15,079 nt of DNA, taken from positions 1-15,079 of the forward strand of contig JBIIGV010000071.1 in assembly GCA_044236265.1 (NCBI GenBank), written 5' to 3'. Below the pieces are notes generated by a model that saw nothing but the letters and a program-made list of their open reading frames with translations, made no database searches and was not told where the DNA came from. Shown here piece by piece: positions 1 through 7,997 of the stretch. Positions within the stretch are counted from its first letter, which is position 1, and each line of letters starts with the position of its first letter. The DNA is from Oligoflexales bacterium (lineage in GTDB: Bacteria; Bdellovibrionota_B; Oligoflexia; Oligoflexales; RGVZ01). A program made the position numbers and the translations under genes.

Positions 1-496
1 GATGGCAGATCGAAAGCTGGGCGATGATAAGGAATCGGCGAATCTGATTTCACCCGCCGTAATGGGGATGTTTGACCAGACGGAAGTCATTTTTGATTTG
101 GCACAAGCGAATGAGGACGTTGCTATGGACGGTCACTGGCGACTATCCGCCATCCATAAACTTGAAAGCGGAACATTTATGACGGGTCACCTCATGAGAG
201 TCAAACCGAATGCCGGCGACGACTATTGGGACATTGCTCTCGGAGGTCGAAAGAAAAGCTCGAGCCTGGGATCATTTGGAGCTGAATTTCTCTATAGCCA
301 GCAAAAGGACGGAACCTCAGGAAAATGCTCCGTACCCTCGCTACTAGGGGTCCGCGCTGACGTTGACCACGAATTGACAGCCGCTCAACTTGCAAGCCTA
401 GGCGCACAATATGTAACTGGTAGCTGCAGTTATGACCGCATTAAAGAAACCGTCGACGACCTTGAACTAAAAGCCGCGTTCACCATGATTTTCTAA
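1..496 (+). CDS. Probable outer-membrane beta-barrel protein, C-terminal part (probably 5'-truncated by window edge)
   Basis: Frame open from base 2 to TAA at 496. Repeated amphipathic beta-strand-like segments (GHWRLSAIHKL, YWDIALGGR, FGAEFLYSQ, LGVRADVDH, ASLGAQYVT). Ends LELKAAFTMIF with terminal Phe and alternating hydrophobics, like a BAM beta-signal. No family recognised. Confidence 0.6.
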   Translation, partial: MADRKLGDDKESANLISPAVMGMFDQTEVIFDLAQANEDVAMDGHWRLSAIHKLESGTFMTGHLMRVKPNAGDDYWDIALGGRKKSSSLGSFGAEFLYSQQKDGTSGKCSVPSLLGVRADVDHELTAAQLASLGAQYVTGSCSYDRIKETVDDLELKAAFTMIF

Positions 497-515
497 GTCT
501 AGCTTCAAACTAAAT

Positions 516-546
516 CGGATCGTTGAATCAACGATCCGTTCTTATA
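516..546 (+). terminator. Probable intrinsic terminator of the first CDS
   Basis: Perfect inverted repeat CGGATCGTTGA-A-TCAACGATCCG (516-538), 20 nt after the stop codon, followed by TTCTTATA (imperfect U tract). Confidence 0.6.
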
Positions 547-600
547 TAGCCATTTGGGAAAATGCGCCCGAATCGACTTCCACCTGAAGACACTTTACTA

Positions 601-635
601 AAAAATAAAAAGCCCGGCACTCCTGTGCCGGGCTT
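601..635 (-). terminator. Intrinsic terminator of the lipoprotein gene
   Basis: 11-bp stem AAGCCCGGCAC/GTGCCGGGCTT with 4-nt loop (610-635). On the minus strand it is followed by a long T tract, about 25 nt after the stop at 660. Confidence 0.88.
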
Positions 636-659
636 CTGTATCTTGGTCATGACGCTCAG

Positions 660-2261
660 TTATTTAACTGTCCCGAGATCTGGAGGTGTTGGTAACGAAG
701 AATCAGAGTGTGTGAACAGTCCGAAACCAGCCGTGTCTGGAGTCTTGGTGGTATCGATGGTGTACACTCCGTCAGATCCTTGCGCAAAGCACTGGCGAGC
801 GACTAGTCCGTTCGTACCGCTCGTCGTCTGACTCATGGTCCATGTTTGTCCGACTGTGAGATTTTGCACCGCAGGAACATACATGTGAAGCGTCATGGCA
901 CTCTGCCCTTGTCCACGGGTGCTGACGTAGTACTGACTGTTTTGGAGGGGACAATTCGAGCCACTATTCTGATAGCAAGCAAACGGATGGTAGCTTCCAT
1001 CTGGCTTAATCTCTAAAGAGTTCTTGATTGACTTACGAATACTGCCCTGAGAAAAAGCACCGGAAGAAGCACATCCAGACATCAAACCTGTCGTAGCATC
1101 TGCGGTAACACTAGACACAAAACCGCGCGGCTGCTCACCATAGTTTGCACCTGGATTGACCCAGTAAGCAAAGTTACCTGCTCCGGTATTTGGATTCATA
1201 TTGTAGCCGATCATCATGATCCCAGATGCTGCCTGATTTTGATCCAGAAACGCGCTATTTGTCGTCGGATCAACGTAATCACCATTGGCATTAGTGCTGA
1301 CGTTGAGATCAAGCTTGCCGTCTACAACCGCGTTAGCAGAAATCTTGGTGTTTAAGCTTGCTGTTAAAAGCTTATACTTCACCGAGTCACCAGATCGCTC
1401 ATAGTTGATCGTCAAAATACGCTCTTTGTCAGCATTCTGCGCGCCAAAGTCTTTGTCACGGCGAATCACGATGGTACCCGTATAGGTCGCTTCATCACTG
1501 CCTGGATTATGGGTCAAAATGATTTTTTCTTTAGGATCATTGGCACCAGCCGCACCGCCTGGAATTGATGGCATCTTCATTTCAATCTCAGTAACATACT
1601 TTGTGCCGCTACGGGTCATTTTCGCAGCGCTGACAGGCATCTTGCTAGGATCTTTTCCCGCTGCAGTAGCTGCCGCATCCATGATTGCTTTGAAATCTAT
1701 CGACTCGCCATCTGCCGCGGGAAGTAGAGTTGTACCTGACTTCTTAGCCTGACAAATCATCATCTGAACCATACCGAGCGTACGATCAACCATCGCGGAT
1801 AATTGCTTTACTTTGCCGCGGGTGAAACTCACCATACAAGCTTCCGATGAGCCGGTGATCTTGGACTTACCATCACTGGTACCGGACAAGTACACCGGGC
1901 CACTCGCGTTGTTGACAACAATCATTTCGGAATCAAATTCGTAGCAGGTTTCATTGCCATCCATCGGAGCAGGCTTCACCAGCGCAGGCGGGAAACACTC
2001 CCCTTCACCGCGAAGTCGCTTACCAGCCTCTTCATTTTTTGCCTTAACACTTTGCTCTTTATTGTCATCCAAATTAAGAGCCGTCGAATTTGTCTGTGGG
2101 TAAACAGAGATCGCCAACCCAGATGGATAAGCTGCTATTGCTTCAGAGTTAGCGGGAGCGTCATTGTTACTCTTCTTCTTACCGCACGCATTCCACATCA
2201 GTCCGCCTGCAATCAGGCAGCTGCTCACGAGAGCTAATTTTTGTCGACTTGTTCTTTTCAT
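660..2261 (-). CDS. Hypothetical lipoprotein, 533 aa, Cys-rich
   Basis: Long ORF with SD-like AAGGA before the ATG. Basic N-terminus and hydrophobic stretch ending MWNA-C, then a GKKKSNND linker (lipoprotein-type signal). 8 further Cys. Has its own terminator. No family recognised. Confidence 0.85.
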   Translation of the reverse strand: MKRTSRQKLALVSSCLIAGGLMWNACGKKKSNNDAPANSEAIAAYPSGLAISVYPQTNSTALNLDDNKEQSVKAKNEEAGKRLRGEGECFPPALVKPAPMDGNETCYEFDSEMIVVNNASGPVYLSGTSDGKSKITGSSEACMVSFTRGKVKQLSAMVDRTLGMVQMMICQAKKSGTTLLPAADGESIDFKAIMDAAATAAGKDPSKMPVSAAKMTRSGTKYVTEIEMKMPSIPGGAAGANDPKEKIILTHNPGSDEATYTGTIVIRRDKDFGAQNADKERILTINYERSGDSVKYKLLTASLNTKISANAVVDGKLDLNVSTNANGDYVDPTTNSAFLDQNQAASGIMMIGYNMNPNTGAGNFAYWVNPGANYGEQPRGFVSSVTADATTGLMSGCASSGAFSQGSIRKSIKNSLEIKPDGSYHPFACYQNSGSNCPLQNSQYYVSTRGQGQSAMTLHMYVPAVQNLTVGQTWTMSQTTSGTNGLVARQCFAQGSDGVYTIDTTKTPDTAGFGLFTHSDSSLPTPPDLGTVK

Positions 2262-2448
2262 GGCGCAATCCTTTGCATTGAAATCTTAGTCAATAAACTG
2301 ACAAACTTCGTAAAAAACAATAAATCGATGGTATCAAAGTTTCTTAGAGCAGACAAAATTCCTGCACAGAATAGTTCAACACTTCTAATTTATTAGATAA
2401 TTTACCAGAATGAATGTGGTAAGAGTTGCGCATTCTTGGAGACAGCAC

Positions 2449-3837
2449 TCACAAAATTTCTTTTTGTCCCCACCACGCATTGACGTCACGCCATAGCAGC
2501 GCAAAGGAATCCCATCCAGAAACCTCCGCGATGAACTCAGAGGTTAGAGGCCCAGTTGCAGGAACTCGGGATGCAACATCCGTAAAACCCAACTCACCTT
2601 TCTTCCGCACAATCCCGCGAACCATATAAAGACTGTGCAAGTAGGCACGACCCGCCTTAACCGAATCCAATGTTACAAAGGGCTGATTGAGGGCCTCTAC
2701 TGGACTAAACACTCCGGGCGTCGGAGGAAATCGAAATTGATCACAGTCTCTTTGCCGGCAAGAAAGATACTGCGCCGTACCCTCGTCAAACCATGTAGGC
2801 CATGCACGACCATTTGAGCGCAACGATAACAAAGCATGAGATAACTCATGACGCAGAACCGTCGCCAGTGGTCCCTGAACTTGATTTAGCATATGTGACG
2901 CCACCGGAATTCGCATACGCCCGTCAAACACCCCTTCAGCCCAGCCAGGACCTCCGGGAATCACATCGCGAAACTCTTCTTTGCGATAAAGAATGACTTC
3001 TACTGGTGTCGCGGGTGGCGCCACACCGAAAATCTCGGAATACTCCTGAACGGCGGCCTCAAGGATATCAAGCACCGGCCTCAAGATGGCCTCATGATCA
3101 TCTTCCCGGTAGCTCACATAGAAATGCTCGCTGCGCTCTGTCTTCTGTTTAGCGCCAGACTTGGCCTTCGCCTTCATGGCTTGGAGGCGTTGTTTGGCCA
3201 ATTCGGACATGGCAGCCTCCTGTCCCTCTCCAGCTGTCTGCGCTCCTTCAAGAATCGTCACTGCTTCATCAAATCGTCCCAATGACTCTAACGTGTCTGC
3301 ATAGATAAGACGGCCTTCAATGTCTTCTGGTTTCGCCAGAACATAGGTCGCCAAATAACTAGCGGCCTCAGGCCAGTTTTTGGAAACACGCAAACAAAAC
3401 CCTAAGCCCTTCTGAGCCTCGGGCACCTGTGCAACACCTAAGACTTTGTAAAAAATCTTGCTCGCCTCGTCACAATCCTGTGTCTTGATTTTCATCCAAG
3501 CCACGCTTGTCATCAACACAGGCCATTGGCGCGTCAACCAATCCTTAAAGGCTGGTGACGCCTCCGGCGTAGCTAATGCTTGATTTGACAATCTGAGAGC
3601 CCCATCAAAATCACCCGTTGTGTAAGCCGCTACGATACGACGGTAGGTGGCCATCTCTAGCTCTGCGAAAGGATCTTTAGGAACTTCCAACTGTGGCGCT
3701 GGCTCTGCCGTCAGTGCTGCCTGCAACTTTTTATTTTTAACAGGATCATTTTTATCAGGATCGTCAATCAGATAGGCGACGGCCCCTGCCAGAACTACCA
3801 GGAGCAGGATCACGTTTGTGAGTGACGATTTATTCAC
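2449..3837 (-). CDS. Membrane-anchored TPR-repeat protein with C-terminal gluzincin (peptidase MA-like) metallopeptidase domain
   Basis: N-terminal TM helix (VILLLVVLAGAVAYLI). TPR-like helices (YADTLESLGRFDEAVTILE). HELSH zinc motif followed by PTWFDEGTAQY with the third-ligand Glu. GTG start overlaps the grxC stop (GTGA). Confidence 0.85.
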   Translation of the reverse strand: MNKSSLTNVILLLVVLAGAVAYLIDDPDKNDPVKNKKLQAALTAEPAPQLEVPKDPFAELEMATYRRIVAAYTTGDFDGALRLSNQALATPEASPAFKDWLTRQWPVLMTSVAWMKIKTQDCDEASKIFYKVLGVAQVPEAQKGLGFCLRVSKNWPEAASYLATYVLAKPEDIEGRLIYADTLESLGRFDEAVTILEGAQTAGEGQEAAMSELAKQRLQAMKAKAKSGAKQKTERSEHFYVSYREDDHEAILRPVLDILEAAVQEYSEIFGVAPPATPVEVILYRKEEFRDVIPGGPGWAEGVFDGRMRIPVASHMLNQVQGPLATVLRHELSHALLSLRSNGRAWPTWFDEGTAQYLSCRQRDCDQFRFPPTPGVFSPVEALNQPFVTLDSVKAGRAYLHSLYMVRGIVRKKGELGFTDVASRVPATGPLTSEFIAEVSGWDSFALLWRDVNAWWGQKEIL

Positions 3838-4100
3838 GGCTCTAAACCATTAATGAGGGGAAGTAACTCACCACGATCATGAACGGCCTTCACATCCATG
3901 AACCCGCCCATGAACTTGTCACCAATGAAAATCATCGGAACGGTTCGCCAACCGCCATTGGCCTCCGACAAACGCTGGCGCTCTTCATGCCGACCATCCA
4001 GCGAAATTTCCTCATAAGGAACGCCCAGAGACTTGAACAGCCGTTTTGCTGAGTCACAGTAGGGACAAACCGTTGTTGTATAAATTCTTACCAGTTTCAT
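3834..4100 (-). CDS. grxC: Dithiol glutaredoxin (Grx3-like)
   Basis: 88 aa with CPYC active site, TVPMIFI cis-Pro motif and GGFMD motif. Confidence 0.93.
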   Translation of the reverse strand: MKLVRIYTTTVCPYCDSAKRLFKSLGVPYEEISLDGRHEERQRLSEANGGWRTVPMIFIGDKFMGGFMDVKAVHDRGELLPLINGLEP

Positions 4101-4244
4101 GTCCTAAGTTTACACAATTTGGGGCCACACGACCAAATCCAATTTGAGGTGCAAAGAGACAAATTGGCGCCAAAATAAGCGCCACACGACGTATTCATAA
4201 AAATCTGAATCCGTCGGGTGGCACCAATTTAGAATTTATGAGTT

Positions 4245-5897
4245 TTAATGCCAGTCGTTACGAGCACCGGCCTCTGCAGGTTTCTTCGCATGCCAGGGTT
4301 TTTTCTGCCCGCCGTCACCTTTTGCTGCCCATGGCCTATTCGAACCGAAAGAATCGGGCTTACCTTCACCGCGGAAAGGACGTCGTTCTCCACGATCGAA
4401 TCCACGAGGACCGCCTTTACCGAATCCTCCGCCACCAAACTTTCCTTTTCGACCGCCGAAGCCACCAGGCCTCTTACCGCCGAATTGGAATTTTCCGCCA
4501 CCACCGCCCATGCGGTCATTGTTACCGAGCATGCGTTTGCCTTCAGCCTCACTCATGCCAATGCGGTCTTCACCTGAAACAGTGCGTCCGATTGAGAGGC
4601 AGGAAACAAGGCGGAGTGCCAATTCTTCACCTGTGTACTTCGCTGCCAGTTCCGATGCCAATGATGACAGATCCAACTGCAAACGTACGCCGTCGACGTC
4701 ACGTGCAAGTTTCTCTGCGCGACGAGCCTTGACGGTTGCTAAACTTGGAACTTCTGATACGACAAACTCGCCAGCGTGCTTCGCTGTGAAAACATCACCT
4801 CCGCGAAGATCACCAGGTGTTGCGAACGTGATAGCTACGCCCTGCTTACCGGCACGGCCAGTACGACCGATGCGGTGAACGTAACGCTCACGATTTTCGG
4901 GAACACTGAAGTTGATCACGTGTGTAACGTTTGGAATATCAATTCCACGCGCTGCGACATCAGTTGCGATAATGACTTTTGCACGGCCGTCTTTCAAAGA
5001 CTGTACGGCCTGATTACGAATGGCTTGTGACATATCGCCATGAATCGACTTCGATGCCACACCACGAGCAGAAAGTATCTCTTGAAGTTCATCAACATCA
5101 CGCTTCGTTCTACAGAAGATGATGCCTTTTTCCGGCTCTTCAACTTCTAAAATCCGTACCAGTGCGGCTTCTTTTTCGTGACCACGGACCACGATCAGAC
5201 GCTGCTCAATATCAAGGTTTGTCTGCTGTCCTGCATTGAGCTGAATGTGTGTCGGCTCCTTCATAAACTCGCGCGTCAGTGCTTTGACTTCTGGAGGCAT
5301 GGTCGCCGAGAACAGCAACGTCTGGCGATCTGTTGGCATGGTGCTCAGTATTTCACGGATGTCATCGATAAAGCCGCGATCCAGCATTTCATCTGCTTCA
5401 TCAAGGACGATGATATGTGGCGTAAATCGCTTGAGGCGGCCTTCGCGCATGTGATCCATGAGACGGCCCGGTGTGGCCACCACAACCTGCGCGCCGCGGT
5501 TAATTAGTTCAACCTGTCTAAGGTAACCTTGTCCCCCAACCACGGGAACGGTCTTTACACCGGCGAATCGACCGAGGCGGAACAACTCATCGCTGATCTG
5601 AATCGCCAATTCACGTGTAGGCGTTAAAACTAACACCTCAACTGTTTTATCGTTACGTAACCGACTCATGGCCGGAAGACCGAAGGCTGCCGTTTTGCCG
5701 GTACCCGTCTGAGCTTGACCGATGATGTCGCTTCCTTCAATAATTGCGGGGATCGCCTCAACCTGAATCGGACTTGGGGTCTTAAAGCCAGCGGCCTTAA
5801 CACCTTCAAGAATTTCGGGGCTTAGACCGAGGGTCTCAAACCCCTGGACCGCTTCTGCTTCAAGGCCGACAGAGGCTACTACGTTATCAGTTGTCAT
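4245..5897 (-). CDS. deaD: ATP-dependent DEAD-box RNA helicase with Gly/Arg-rich C-terminal tail
   Basis: Q motif GF..PSPIQ, AQTGTGKT, PTRELA, TPGR, DEAD, SAT, ARGID and HRIGRTGR motifs. AGGA upstream of the ATG. Exact subfamily name uncertain. Confidence 0.95.
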   Translation of the reverse strand: MTTDNVVASVGLEAEAVQGFETLGLSPEILEGVKAAGFKTPSPIQVEAIPAIIEGSDIIGQAQTGTGKTAAFGLPAMSRLRNDKTVEVLVLTPTRELAIQISDELFRLGRFAGVKTVPVVGGQGYLRQVELINRGAQVVVATPGRLMDHMREGRLKRFTPHIIVLDEADEMLDRGFIDDIREILSTMPTDRQTLLFSATMPPEVKALTREFMKEPTHIQLNAGQQTNLDIEQRLIVVRGHEKEAALVRILEVEEPEKGIIFCRTKRDVDELQEILSARGVASKSIHGDMSQAIRNQAVQSLKDGRAKVIIATDVAARGIDIPNVTHVINFSVPENRERYVHRIGRTGRAGKQGVAITFATPGDLRGGDVFTAKHAGEFVVSEVPSLATVKARRAEKLARDVDGVRLQLDLSSLASELAAKYTGEELALRLVSCLSIGRTVSGEDRIGMSEAEGKRMLGNNDRMGGGGGKFQFGGKRPGGFGGRKGKFGGGGFGKGGPRGFDRGERRPFRGEGKPDSFGSNRPWAAKGDGGQKKPWHAKKPAEAGARNDWH

Positions 5898-5996
5898 GTA
5901 ATTTTATCCTGACGGCCCGCGAAAATGAGGATTGGGCATAACCCATTGCAATGTCCCGGCAAACTGCAAGCCGCTTAATTGACGGGATCTATTAAT

Positions 5997-6033
5997 GCGG
6001 GCGGACCTTATGAAAATTTTATTAAAAAATCAA
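5997..6033 (-). promoter_or_regulatory. Putative sigma70 promoter of the helicase gene with GC-rich discriminator
   Basis: Minus strand TTGATT (6033-6028), 17 bp, TAAGGT (6010-6005), then CCGCCCGC. An AT-rich UP-like tract lies upstream. Confidence 0.5.
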
Positions 6034-6079
6034 CCATTATTTTATATATTTCTACTAAATGTCTTAAATTAAAGGACCT

Positions 6080-6147
6080 AAATCCTAGACGGATTTTTGA
6101 CAAATCGTAGACATTGTCTAAAATTTATTTTATTCAAATCCTAGACA
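6080..6147 (+). promoter_or_regulatory. CarH/LitR-type operator: tandem 11-bp direct repeats over the -35 element
   Basis: AAATCCTAGAC, GGATTTTTGAC and AAATCGTAGAC in exact 11-bp phase (6080-6112), plus an exact copy of unit 1 at 6136-6146. Cores TAGACG/TTGACA/TAGACA match the TnnACA CarH repeat. A cognate-family regulator is in the same operon. Confidence 0.75.
6097..6124 (+). promoter_or_regulatory. sigma70 promoter of the mrp-folE-carH-like operon
   Basis: TTGACA (6097-6102), 16 bp, TAAAAT (6119-6124), about 60 bp upstream of the first start codon. Confidence 0.75.
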
Positions 6148-6181
6148 GATATGGCGACTGACCACTTTAGGAGATCCAAAG

Positions 6182-7363
6182 TTGGACCGAACCGAGATGA
6201 CTGATAACAATCAGCAGCAATTATCACCGCAGATAGCCGAAAGCATCCGGCGCGAAGCGATGGCAGGATTAGTCATGGCCGCGCAGCTTCCAGAATCAGG
6301 ATTAAGCGACGCCGACCACGCTCAAACGAGAGCCAGAGTGCTAGGAGTCTCCCCCACCAGCGACGGCCGTCCTCAAGTGCGCGTTGACTCCACCGGCCTA
6401 TCGCTTGATCAAAAACTCGTTGTTGAGCGCACGCTACTCCGTCACTTTGGCAACCAGGAATTATCGGACGTTGCCATTTACTTCCAGCGATCGAGTTCTG
6501 CAAGTGCCCGCGAATCCGCTCCGGCGCCCGTGAAAAAGAAACATCCACTCGGACTTAATCTTGAGACTAAACCCATTGCTGGAGTTAAAGCGATCATCGC
6601 TGTCGCCTCCGGTAAAGGTGGCGTCGGCAAATCAACTGTTTCGACAAATTTAGCTGCGGGTCTCGCAAGACTAGGACTTAAAACAGGACTCATGGATTGT
6701 GATGTTTATGGCCCATCGTCACCACTTATGCTCGGCGTATCGGGATCCATGCCCGTTGAAAAATCCAAGTTGATTCCCCTCGAAGGACACGGCGTCAAGG
6801 TTGTCAGCTTTGGGTTTCTTACCGACGTAAAATCTCCGGTCATTTGGCGCGGACCAATGGTCGCAAAAGCGATTGAGCAACTTTGCTACGACGTGGCTTG
6901 GGGAGAGCTGGATGTTCTGGTACTGGATCTTCCACCCGGAACGGGCGATGTCCAGATGACATTAGCAGAAAAACTCCCCCTGACAGGTTCCGTCATTGTC
7001 ACAACGCCGCAAGACGTTGCCTTGATCGACGCTCACAAAGCGGTTTCCATGTTTGAGAAAATGAATGTGCCAGTGCTCGGCGTTGTGGAGAACATGTCCC
7101 ACTACACGTGCACGGCGTGCGGGCATGAAGAGCATATCTTTGGTTCCGAGTCGTTCGCTGGCTTTTTGACCTCACGTAAACTTGGATTGATTACGTCCAT
7201 TCCTTTGAGCCGAAATATCAGAGAGCTGAGCGACCAAGGGCAACCCGTAGTTCTTGACGACACCAGCAAATCATCACAACCATACCGCCAACTGGCGGAC
7301 TTCGTTAAAACGGCAATCTCGCAAACACTGCGAGTCGATACAAATCTGGAGAATCAGCTATGA
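6182..7363 (+). CDS. apbC: Mrp/ApbC/NBP35 family Fe-S cluster carrier ATPase
   Basis: VASGKGGVGKST, DCDVYGPS, WRGPM, DLPPGTGD, VTTPQ and ENMS..CxxC motifs. TTG start is supported by AGGAG at 6169-6173; alternative ATG at 6197. Confidence 0.95.
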   Translation: MDRTEMTDNNQQQLSPQIAESIRREAMAGLVMAAQLPESGLSDADHAQTRARVLGVSPTSDGRPQVRVDSTGLSLDQKLVVERTLLRHFGNQELSDVAIYFQRSSSASARESAPAPVKKKHPLGLNLETKPIAGVKAIIAVASGKGGVGKSTVSTNLAAGLARLGLKTGLMDCDVYGPSSPLMLGVSGSMPVEKSKLIPLEGHGVKVVSFGFLTDVKSPVIWRGPMVAKAIEQLCYDVAWGELDVLVLDLPPGTGDVQMTLAEKLPLTGSVIVTTPQDVALIDAHKAVSMFEKMNVPVLGVVENMSHYTCTACGHEEHIFGSESFAGFLTSRKLGLITSIPLSRNIRELSDQGQPVVLDDTSKSSQPYRQLADFVKTAISQTLRVDTNLENQL

Positions 7364-7992
7364 CCATGCCCAACAAAGATCCCATCTCAAAAAGCTACGC
7401 TCGCCTTCCTGATATCTTTACAGGCCTTGATCAGAAGCAGCGTCTAGCTATTGCAGGCCAGTTAATCATCGGCTCTGCCAAGTCAGAAAATCCACTTCGC
7501 GAAGGACTCCAGCGCACACCAGAACGCTTTGCCAAGGCCATGGGGTTTTTGCTGTCTGGCTACGAGACGACGCCAGAACAAGTCGTTGGTGAAGGCCTAT
7601 TTACATCAGATAACTCCGGTGTCGTTAGCGTCAACAATGTTGAATTTTACAGCCTTTGTGAACATCACATGCTTCCCTTCTGGGGCGAAGTTTCTGTCGC
7701 CTACTACCCCACTGGTAAAATTATCGGACTCAGCAAAATACCCAGATTGGTCGACTTGTTCGCCCGCCGTTTGCAAGTCCAAGAACATCTAACGAGCCAG
7801 ATCGCAAAAGCCCTCAACGAATTACTTCAGCCGCGTGCTGTAGCAGTGCGCATCAGTGGCAAGCATCTTTGTATGATGATGCGCGGCGTTGAAAAACAAA
7901 TGTCATCCACAGTAAGCGAAACAACTCTCGGTGTTGAGACCTTAACGAATTTGGAACAGCAAAGACTTTTTGCTGCATTGGAAGGGAAATAA
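7360..7992 (+). CDS. folE: GTP cyclohydrolase I (type IA)
   Basis: REGLQRTPER, SLCEHHMLPF, GLSKIPR, RRLQVQE and HLCMMMRGV motifs, with Zn ligands present. ATGA overlap with mrp. Confidence 0.95.
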   Translation: MTMPNKDPISKSYARLPDIFTGLDQKQRLAIAGQLIIGSAKSENPLREGLQRTPERFAKAMGFLLSGYETTPEQVVGEGLFTSDNSGVVSVNNVEFYSLCEHHMLPFWGEVSVAYYPTGKIIGLSKIPRLVDLFARRLQVQEHLTSQIAKALNELLQPRAVAVRISGKHLCMMMRGVEKQMSSTVSETTLGVETLTNLEQQRLFAALEGK

Positions 7993-7997
7993 TCATC

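Noticed and set aside
4229..5507. Several overlapping ORFs of 69-164 aa within the helicase gene
   Set aside because: Antisense or alternate-frame shadows of a well-conserved gene, with no motifs or SD.
6080..6147. Short direct repeats as a CRISPR array or replication iterons
   Set aside because: Units are contiguous 11-mers with no spacers, there are no cas or rep genes, and their position over a -35 fits an operator.
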